A program made the position numbers and the translations under genes. The notes beneath the pieces were generated by a model that saw nothing but the letters and a program-made list of their open reading frames with translations, searched no databases and was not told the origin of the DNA. A stretch of DNA of 5,069 nucleotides from a virus: the IMG/VR virus record IMGVR_UViG_3300045988_020793, positions 1 to 5,069 of that record, one strand, 5' to 3'. Below are positions 1-4,930 of the stretch, in pieces. Position 1 is the first letter of the stretch. Every line of letters starts with the position of its first letter.

Positions 1-119
1 CTTTTTTTGTAGATATCTCAACGATTTGCGCACGGGTACACGCCGGAACCAGTTACTTACTTGATGTAACTGGTTCCGGTGACACCCCGATGCACGTGCG
101 GGTACTCAACGCACTGCTC
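1..119. repeat. Terminal direct repeat, copy 1. It is identical to 4951-5069 and most likely an assembly overlap of a circular 4,950-nt genome.
   Basis: Base-by-base comparison shows 1-119 equals 4951-5069 with no mismatch. The repeat runs to the last base of the window. The gene set between the copies is a full microvirus complement. Confidence 0.9.
43..79 (+). other. Perfect 14-bp stem / 9-nt loop hairpin in the main intergenic region. It is a candidate replication origin or complementary-strand priming structure.
   Basis: CCGGAACCAGTTAC (43-56) is the exact reverse complement of GTAACTGGTTCCGG (66-79). The loop TTACTTGAT is at 57-65. No T-tract follows, so it is not a typical intrinsic terminator. 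A second copy at 4993-5029 is the same locus within the terminal overlap. Confidence 0.6.
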
Positions 120-203
120 GGATGTTTGCTTTCTCTTTGACTTGTGGTATATGCTTTGCCCTACGGTGATAAAGCTTTTTGAGAGTCTTGGTTTTAGAGC
201 CGT

Positions 204-248
204 AAGGCGGTTAGGTCGAGAGGGCTTTCGGACTTAGCCGCCTTTTTT
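204..248 (+). terminator. Long hairpin plus T6 tract (intrinsic-terminator-like), about 30 nt upstream of the VP1 start
   Basis: Bases 204-217 (AAGGCGGTTAGGTC) pair with 231-244 (GACTTAGCCGCCTT), giving 14 bp including two G-T/U wobbles (211:237 and 214:234). An inner extension pairs 218-221 with 226-229. The tract TTTTTT at 243-248 overlaps the 3' arm. Confidence 0.55.
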
Positions 249-275
249 GTTATCTATAGCTATTGGATTTCTTAG

Positions 276-1940
276 ATGTCATCAGTTAATCGTTCTACTC
301 AGCATCTGTTCTCTCAGATTCCTTCGACTCAGATTCCTCGATCTGTCTTTGACCGTTCTCATGGATATAAGACAACTTTCAATTCTGGTTTTCTTGTACC
401 CTTTTACGTTGACGAAGTTCTTCCAGGAGATTCGTTTAAGCTTACAGCTACTTTGTTTGCTCGTTTGGCTACGCCGATTGTGCCTTTTATGGACAATCTC
501 TATTTGGAGACTTTTTTCTTCTTTGTTCCCAACCGCCTCGTTTGGGATAACTGGCAGAAGTTCAATGGTGAGCAGAAAAATCCTACTGACTCTACGGACT
601 TTTTAATTCCGACGGTTTCTGGTACGAATGTTCAGAATCAAACGCTTTGGGATTATTTCGGCCTTCCGACAAATGTCAATGAAGCTTTGAAAGTAAACGC
701 ACTTCCTTTTCGCGCTTACAATTTGATTTTCAATGAGTGGTTTAGAGACGAGAATCTTCAAGAATCTTTGAAAGTTCCAACAGGTGATGGTCCAGATAAT
801 CTTTCTGATTATGCTTTGGTTCGTCGTGGTAAGCGTCACGACTATTTCACGTCATGTTTGCCGTGGCCGCAAAAAGGACCAGGAGTAGAAATTTCTCTCG
901 GCGGTACCATTCCCGTTTCTGGTGACGTTTCTTTTTATAGACAGGTCGGTTCATTTCATGTGGACAATGGTGTTTCGAGTGTCAATAATTGGTCTAATAG
1001 AGTTCTTTTTAAAGAATCTGCTCCTTTTGCCATTGGCAACAAAGATGCTAACTGGTCTGGCTCTGGTCTCATTCCTTTCCAGGGATTTTTTGATACTTCG
1101 GATCCTCACCCCAGTCAAATTTCTTTTTTTGCTGGTAAGTATGGTATTGCATCTGATGGTTTTACCGCCGATCTTTCCAAAGCAACTCCAATTTCCATCA
1201 ACGATCTTCGTCAAGCTTTCCAGATCCAGAAGCTCTATGAGCGCGATGCACGCGGAGGTACGCGTTACACAGAGATTTTGCGTTCTCACTTCGGTGTAAT
1301 CTCGCCTGACGCTCGTTTGCAGCGTCCCGAATATCTTGGCGGTTCGTCTGCTCGTATTTCGATCAATCCTGTTCAGCAGACTTCGGCTACGAATGACACG
1401 ACCCCTCAGGGTAATTTAGCTGCTTATGGTGTTGTTTCAGACAGCTTCCATGGTTTCTCGAAGTCTTTTGTCGAGCACGGATATGTCTTTGGCTTTGTGA
1501 ACGTCCGTGCTGATTTGACTTATCAGCAAGGTTTGAATCGCATGTGGTCTCGTCAAGGTCGATTTGATTTTTATTGGCCTGTCCTCGCGCATCTTGGCGA
1601 ACAAGCTGTTCTTAACAAAGAGATTTACGCCCAAGGCACTGCTGATGACGATAAGGTCTTTGGCTATCAAGAGCGTTATGCCGAGTATCGTTATTACCCC
1701 GGTCAAATTACAGGCAAGTTCCGCTCGACCGATCCGCAGCCATTGGATAGCTGGCATTTAGCGCAGAAGTTCAGCTCTTTGCCAACACTTTCAGCTCAAT
1801 TCATTCAAGATAATCCTCCGGTCGAGCGCGTTGTTGCTGTGACTAGCGAACCGCAATTTCTTTTCGATTCTTATATTCGTTTGAAGTGTGCTCGTCCGAT
1901 GCCCGTTTATTCAGTTCCTGGATTGGTTGATCACTTTTAA
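276..1940 (+). CDS. VP1: Major capsid protein VP1 (Microviridae, gokushovirus type), 554 aa
   Basis: It is the largest ORF. The N-terminus reads ...RSVFDRSHGYKTTFNSGFLVPFYVDEVLPGDSF. The internal blocks DYFTSCLPWPQKG, INDLRQAFQIQKLYERDARGGTRYTEILRSHFGV and RLQRPEYLGG match conserved blocks I recognise from gokushovirus VP1/F-like capsid proteins. There is strong NNT codon bias. The start context is TTGGATTT-N5-ATG. Confidence 0.96.
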   Translation: MSSVNRSTQHLFSQIPSTQIPRSVFDRSHGYKTTFNSGFLVPFYVDEVLPGDSFKLTATLFARLATPIVPFMDNLYLETFFFFVPNRLVWDNWQKFNGEQKNPTDSTDFLIPTVSGTNVQNQTLWDYFGLPTNVNEALKVNALPFRAYNLIFNEWFRDENLQESLKVPTGDGPDNLSDYALVRRGKRHDYFTSCLPWPQKGPGVEISLGGTIPVSGDVSFYRQVGSFHVDNGVSSVNNWSNRVLFKESAPFAIGNKDANWSGSGLIPFQGFFDTSDPHPSQISFFAGKYGIASDGFTADLSKATPISINDLRQAFQIQKLYERDARGGTRYTEILRSHFGVISPDARLQRPEYLGGSSARISINPVQQTSATNDTTPQGNLAAYGVVSDSFHGFSKSFVEHGYVFGFVNVRADLTYQQGLNRMWSRQGRFDFYWPVLAHLGEQAVLNKEIYAQGTADDDKVFGYQERYAEYRYYPGQITGKFRSTDPQPLDSWHLAQKFSSLPTLSAQFIQDNPPVERVVAVTSEPQFLFDSYIRLKCARPMPVYSVPGLVDHF

Positions 1941-1949
1941 GGAGTTGCT

Positions 1950-2012
1950 ATGGCTTTAGTTATTTGGCTTGCTGTTGTTGGTACGGTAGTTATTTTTGCT
2001 TTAGGACATTGA
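1950..2012 (+). CDS. Hypothetical 20-aa hydrophobic micro-protein (MALVIWLAVVGTVVIFALGH). It is not in the supplied ORF track.
   Basis: GGAG at 1941-1944 sits 5 nt upstream of ATG 1950 and immediately after the VP1 stop. The ORF fills the VP1-VP2 gap. Its TGA (2010-2012) lies 1 nt before the VP2 ATG (2014). The peptide is almost entirely hydrophobic and about one transmembrane helix long. Its short length makes the coding status uncertain. Confidence 0.4.
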   Translation: MALVIWLAVVGTVVIFALGH

Positions 2013-2013
2013 T

Positions 2014-2637
2014 ATGGGTTTCCCTTGGGCAGAAGCGATAGGTGGTGTTGCCAATTTAGGTAGTTCTGCATTATCTGCGTATTTTGGTTGGAAGCATCAG
2101 AAAGAAGTGATGCAAAATCGGCATCAATGGGAAGTTGCTGATATGCGCAAAGCTGGTCTTAATCCGATTCTGTCAGCTACAGGCGGTTCTGGTGCTTCTG
2201 GCAATGCACCTACGATCGTTGCTCCTGATCTTGCTGGTGCGATGAAGGCTGGTGCTGAATCGTCAACTCAGCATTCTGAGAAGAATTTGAAAGATGCTTT
2301 AGAAAAACAGACTTATGTTCAGAATTCTGCTTTGCAAGCTGATGCTGGTTTGAAGCGCGCTCAGGCTGTTGCTTCTGATAGTTCTTCTAATTTGATGTGG
2401 TCTCAGACCAAGGGTCAAGAGATTGCTAATAAAATTCAAGAGGAGAATTTAAAGCAAGCGAAATTTATGACTCAGAATTCTGCTATTGCTTCTGAGAAGC
2501 AGAGGTTAGCTTTTGATTATATGAAAGAGCATTCAAGCGCTTGGAAATTTGGCCAGTGGATGAATTTGATTAATCCTTTTAATTCAACTGCGCCGCTTAC
2601 CAATTCCGCTGTTGGTGCCGCTCATCTTGCGAAATGA
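2014..2637 (+). CDS. VP2: Minor capsid / DNA pilot protein VP2, 207 aa
   Basis: It lies directly after VP1. The N-terminus is Gly/Ala-rich, followed by ...HQWEVADMRKAGLNPILS, which resembles the conserved AGLNP(I/M)L block of gokushovirus VP2. The middle is Ala/Gln/Ser-rich and looks like predicted coiled coil. An AGGA Shine-Dalgarno at 2003-2006 sits 7 nt before the ATG. Confidence 0.85.
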   Translation: MGFPWAEAIGGVANLGSSALSAYFGWKHQKEVMQNRHQWEVADMRKAGLNPILSATGGSGASGNAPTIVAPDLAGAMKAGAESSTQHSEKNLKDALEKQTYVQNSALQADAGLKRAQAVASDSSSNLMWSQTKGQEIANKIQEENLKQAKFMTQNSAIASEKQRLAFDYMKEHSSAWKFGQWMNLINPFNSTAPLTNSAVGAAHLAK

Positions 2638-2732
2638 TAGATACGATTTTAAAGTTCGTTAATGTTTTTTTGAACTCTGGTTCTGCGATTTGGGAGGCCT
2701 TCAAGGCCGTTAAGAAACTTTTTAAAAAGTGA
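2634..2732 (+). CDS. Hypothetical 32-aa amphipathic, C-terminally basic micro-protein (MIDTILKFVNVFLNSGSAIWEAFKAVKKLFKK). It is not in the supplied ORF track.
   Basis: Its ATG (2634-2636) overlaps the VP2 stop TGA (2635-2637) in an ATGA coupling arrangement. The ORF fills the whole VP2-VP8 gap. Its TGA (2730-2732) overlaps the GAGG Shine-Dalgarno of the next gene. The C-terminal half, AIWEAFKAVKKLFKK, has i/i+3/i+4 hydrophobic spacing typical of a cationic amphipathic helix. Confidence 0.45.
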   Translation: MIDTILKFVNVFLNSGSAIWEAFKAVKKLFKK

Positions 2733-2739
2733 GGTTTTT

Positions 2740-2862
2740 ATGTCTCGTCGTCGTCATAAGCTTTCTCGTAAGGCATCTAAGCGTATTTTTCGTAAAGGTG
2801 CATCACGCACGAAGACTTTGAATACTCGTGCTACGCCCATGCGTGGCGGTTTTCGCATTTAA
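2740..2862 (+). CDS. VP8: Small basic DNA-binding/packaging peptide (gokushovirus ORF8/VP8, analogue of phiX174 J), 40 aa. It is not in the supplied ORF track.
   Basis: The translation is MSRRRHKLSRKASKRIFRKGASRTKTLNTRATPMRGGFRI. It is extremely Arg/Lys-rich. The C-terminal PMRGGFRI matches the MRGG(I/F)R(F/L/I) tail I recall for chlamydiaphage-type ORF8 peptides. GAGG at 2731-2734 sits 5 nt before the ATG. Confidence 0.85.
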   Translation: MSRRRHKLSRKASKRIFRKGASRTKTLNTRATPMRGGFRI

Positions 2863-2937
2863 GCATTAACCCTAGTTACCTGCCGCGGTCGTCGTAGTTA
2901 TCATTTTGAACATCTCAATTTCATTTGGATTTTTTCT

Positions 2938-3168
2938 ATGGCTACCGCGGCTTTTCGTTTGACTCTCAAAGATTTTGGCGTCTGCTGGCTTATTCCTGGC
3001 GAGTCGACGTATGTTGGTCGTCGCAAGTTGGTGACTTGGACGCTTTATCGCGATTGCCCTTGGGTTGCTTTAGTGTCATTTCAGGTTCGTTCTCGTTCTT
3101 CTCGTGAGACGATTCTTCGTGAGCTTCATATTGCGTGTCTTGAAAAATGCCTTGTTTTCACCCGATAA
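2938..3168 (+). CDS. Hypothetical protein, 76 aa, with no family recognised. It overlaps the VP4 start by 22 nt.
   Basis: The ORF is ATG-initiated and lies in an otherwise unassigned 284-nt gap. About half its codons end in T, as in the known genes. The 8-mer TTGGATTT plus 5 nt precedes its ATG (2925-2937), exactly as for VP1 (263-275). There is no strong Shine-Dalgarno and no recognisable motif. Confidence 0.5.
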   Translation: MATAAFRLTLKDFGVCWLIPGESTYVGRRKLVTWTLYRDCPWVALVSFQVRSRSSRETILRELHIACLEKCLVFTR

Positions 3169-4058
3169 CAGCGTATCGTCTTGCTGGTCAAAAGACCAAA
3201 GATGGACAACGTAATGCGATAACGTTTGATCCGTCTAAAGCTATTCCGTTTTCGGAGTTTAAGATTCCTTGCGGCCAGTGTATTGGTTGCAGGCTTTCTA
3301 AATCTCGTGAATGGGCCGCTCGATGCGTAGTCGAAGCTAAGTCACATAAGAACAACATGTTTCTTACGCTGACTTATGATGATGCTCATTTGCCTGAAGA
3401 TGGCTCTCTTCACTATGAGCATTTCCAGTTGTTCATGAAGCGCATGCGTAAATACTTCATGAGCCGTTTTGGTCAACAGCTTCGCTTTTTTATGTGTGGT
3501 GAGTATGGCGATAAGCTTGGTCGTCCTCACTATCACGCCATAATTTTTGGCGTGACGTTTGTAGATAAACAGCTCTGGTCGATTCGTCGAGGTAATAATC
3601 TTTATCGTAGCCGTACGCTTGAGAAACTTTGGCCGTATGGTTTTAGCTCTATTGGTGCAGTTAATTTTGAAACAGCCGCTTATGTTGCTCGTTATGTGAC
3701 AAAGAAGATTACTGGCCCTTTGAAGTTAGAGCATTACGACGGTAAGGTTGCCGAGTTTTGTCATTGTTCACTTAAGCCCGGAATAGGTCATGATTTCTGT
3801 GAAAAGTACATGACTGATATTTATACTGATGATCGTCTTATTCTTAGTGAGAAGATAATGATGTCTCCTCCGGCTTATTTCGATAAGCTGTTGGAGCGTT
3901 CAGACATTGTTCGTTATGAAGAGATTAAGCGTCTTCGTGAAAAGCGAGGTCGTGATTTTGAAGATACTGGTGAAGCTTCGCCGCAACGTCTCTCAGTTCG
4001 TGAACGCGTCCAAGAACTGAAAGTCGCTAAACTCAGACGCGTTATGGAAGAGAATTAA
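3147..4058 (+). CDS. VP4: Replication initiation protein VP4 (HUH rolling-circle endonuclease, phiX174 protein A family), 303 aa
   Basis: The N-terminus MPCFHP and the cysteine cluster PCGQCIGCR are present. Motif I is FLTLTY (3360-3377). Motif II (HUH) is PHYHAIIFG (3525-3551). Motif III is YVARYVTKK with two tyrosines (3681-3707), close to the phiX174 A active-site block YVAKYVNKK as I recall it. Confidence 0.97.
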   Translation: MPCFHPITAYRLAGQKTKDGQRNAITFDPSKAIPFSEFKIPCGQCIGCRLSKSREWAARCVVEAKSHKNNMFLTLTYDDAHLPEDGSLHYEHFQLFMKRMRKYFMSRFGQQLRFFMCGEYGDKLGRPHYHAIIFGVTFVDKQLWSIRRGNNLYRSRTLEKLWPYGFSSIGAVNFETAAYVARYVTKKITGPLKLEHYDGKVAEFCHCSLKPGIGHDFCEKYMTDIYTDDRLILSEKIMMSPPAYFDKLLERSDIVRYEEIKRLREKRGRDFEDTGEASPQRLSVRERVQELKVAKLRRVMEEN

Positions 4059-4060
4059 TT

Positions 4061-4351
4061 ATGATCCTTAAGGTTTTTTCCGTTTTCGACTCTAAACTTC
4101 AGGTTTTTAATACGCCGTTCTTCAGCCGTTCTGCAGCTGATGCATCTCGGTCTTTTTCTGATCTCGTTCGTGATAGTCGCACTACTGTTGGTCAGCATCC
4201 CGACGATTTCTTTCTTTATGAGATCGGTCAGTACTCTGATGAGACTGGAGAACTCGTAGCCTGCGCTCCGACTCAGATTGCCGCCGCGACTGCTTTTGTT
4301 TCTGCGATTGAGGATACTAAAGCGGCCGCGCCTGCATCCTCTGCAGTCTAA
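4061..4351 (+). CDS. VP5: VP5-like non-structural protein, 96 aa. This is the gokushovirus ORF5, proposed to act in ssDNA synthesis/packaging.
   Basis: It lies immediately after VP4. The sequence MILKVFSVFDSKLQVFNTPFF...AADASRSFSDLV...HPDDFFLYEIGQYSDETGEL matches the conserved pattern I recognise for gokushovirus VP5 (VF.V.D.K...F..PFF, R.F.D, HPeDf.LyeIG.yDd.tG). Confidence 0.85.
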   Translation: MILKVFSVFDSKLQVFNTPFFSRSAADASRSFSDLVRDSRTTVGQHPDDFFLYEIGQYSDETGELVACAPTQIAAATAFVSAIEDTKAAAPASSAV

Positions 4352-4367
4352 GTACAGACGCGGCCGC
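4322..4367 (+). repeat. GC-rich 9-bp inverted repeat enclosing two mini-hairpins and spanning the VP5 stop codon
   Basis: GCGGCCGCG (4322-4330) is the reverse complement of CGCGGCCGC (4359-4367). Each arm contains a GCGGCCGC octamer. Inside the repeat, CTGCA (4332-4336) pairs with TGCAG (4342-4346). GTCT (4346-4349) pairs with AGAC (4356-4359). The VP5 TAA is at 4349-4351. Confidence 0.6.
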
Positions 4368-4388
4368 AATACGGAGATTCTTCTAATT

Positions 4389-4417
4389 AGTCCTTGCGCA
4401 GTGCGAGGACTTTTTTT
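4389..4417 (+). terminator. Rho-independent terminator-like hairpin plus T7 between VP5 and VP3
   Basis: AGTCCTTGC (4389-4397) pairs with GCGAGGACT (4403-4411), giving 9 bp with one G-T/U wobble. The loop is 5 nt. The T run is 4411-4417 (TTTTTTT). Confidence 0.65.
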
Positions 4418-4430
4418 ATATGGAGCTTAT

Positions 4431-4880
4431 ATGAAGTTCAAAGTTAATCACACAAATGCTACCGCTGAAGGCATTGTCTTTACTGAGCCGTCGATGACTC
4501 AACAGCATTTTAAAGATGAGACGATGATTGATAACATTCTTCAGAAATATGCTGAGACTGGTTTTTTGACTGATCCATTTTCGCCGAAGCGTCCAATTCA
4601 GTTCGGTGATTTTTCTGACGTAACAGATTTTCAGACTGCTCAGAATGCCGTTGCTCGTGCAACTGAATACTTTGAAAGCCTTCCGTCCCATGTTCGCTCG
4701 TCTTTCAATAATTCTCCATCTGAGTTCCTTCAGGCGCTCAATGATCCTGAACAAAGGAGTAAGCTTGAAGACCTTGGCTTTGTTGCTTCTGAGGAAACTA
4801 AGTTTCCTGAGTCTTCTAAAGAACCTTCGAAGGTTCCTGTTGCTGAGACTAAACCGTCCCCTTCTGACAACAACGGGTAA
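4431..4880 (+). CDS. VP3: Internal scaffolding protein VP3, 149 aa
   Basis: GGAG at 4422-4425 sits 5 nt before ATG 4431. The blocks EPSMTQQHFKDETMIDNILQKYAETG and LPSHVRSSFNNSPSEFLQAL match conserved gokushovirus VP3 blocks. The C-terminal tail is acidic and Pro/Ser-rich. The ORF-track start at 4278 is a TTG inside VP5 that reads through the terminator hairpin, so I reject it. Confidence 0.9.
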   Translation: MKFKVNHTNATAEGIVFTEPSMTQQHFKDETMIDNILQKYAETGFLTDPFSPKRPIQFGDFSDVTDFQTAQNAVARATEYFESLPSHVRSSFNNSPSEFLQALNDPEQRSKLEDLGFVASEETKFPESSKEPSKVPVAETKPSPSDNNG

Positions 4881-4897
4881 TTGCTAATAACCTATAT

Positions 4898-4918
4898 AAG
4901 GGATGGTTTCCATCCCTT
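4898..4918 (+). other. 9-bp / 3-nt-loop hairpin just downstream of the VP3 stop
   Basis: AAGGGATGG (4898-4906), TTT, CCATCCCTT (4910-4918) form perfect complements. No T-tract follows. Confidence 0.5.
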
Positions 4919-4930
4919 CAAATTTCCCTT

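Noticed and set aside
25-52. A possible XerC/XerD dif-like site, suggested by TGCGCA at 27-32 as in the XerC arm of E. coli dif. Some enterobacterial gokushoviruses are reported to lysogenise via dif-like motifs.
   Set aside because: Only the 6-mer matches. The following sequence does not resemble the central region or the TTATGTTAAAT XerD arm. The only TTATGTT in the genome (about 2313-2319) is inside VP2 without an adjacent XerC arm. There is no support for a dif-type attachment site.
1-119. The terminal repeat as a biological direct terminal repeat or LTR-like element
   Set aside because: The exact identity ends at the window boundary and the content is a circular ssDNA phage genome. An assembler overlap of a circular contig is the simplest explanation.
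126-153. Promoter-like hexamers. TTGACT is at 137-142. TGgTATATG (extended -10-like) is at 145-153, with TTGCTT at 126-131.
   Set aside because: TTGACT has no acceptable -10 at 16-19 bp spacing. The TATATG element lacks the conserved final T and its -35 partner matches only 3 of 6 positions. A promoter probably exists in 112-200, but I cannot place it from sequence alone.
247-606. A 119-aa Leu/Phe-rich hydrophobic ORF overlapping the VP1 5' end in another frame. It superficially resembles phiX174 E, an embedded lysis gene. Similar ORFs occur at 922-1299 and 1564-1761.
   Set aside because: The starts are TTG, GTG and TTG respectively, not ATG, and none has an SD. The 247 start sits within the terminator T-tract. 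Hydrophobic Leu/Phe-rich translations are the expected artefact of shifting frame in genes with strong NNT codon bias. This would only become interesting if the frame were conserved in relatives.
2718-2729. A perfect 12-nt A/T palindrome CTTTTTAAAAAG at the end of the 32-aa micro-ORF, and a GGCCTT/AAGGCC palindrome at 2696-2708
   Set aside because: The arms are too short and too close together to form stable hairpins. A/T palindromes of this size are common in T-rich sequence. I can argue no specific function for them.
2925-3107. A 60-aa ORF in the VP8-VP4 gap in an alternative frame
   Set aside because: It has a TTG start and overlaps the better-supported ATG ORF at 2938-3168. That ORF has the T-ending codon bias and the VP1-like start context.
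4278-4430. An N-terminal extension of the VP3 ORF, from the ORF-track start at 4278
   Set aside because: Position 4278 is a TTG inside VP5. The extension would be translated through the GC palindrome and the terminator hairpin and gives an Arg/Leu-rich low-complexity peptide. ATG 4431 has a GGAG SD at ideal spacing and yields a typical 149-aa VP3.
603-4754. Six minus-strand ORFs of 64-112 aa: 603-839, 951-1289, 1437-1757, 3342-3536, 4055-4369 and 4416-4754
   Set aside because: All lie wholly antisense to confidently identified + strand genes. Microviridae are transcribed from one strand only. The products are low-complexity and basic, as expected from reading T-rich codons backwards. I recognise no motifs in them.
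4645-4887. An 80-aa ATG ORF embedded in VP3 in another frame, basic and Leu-rich
   Set aside because: It has no SD and no recognisable motif, and its composition is consistent with a frame-shift artefact of NNT-biased codons. I cannot support it from sequence alone.
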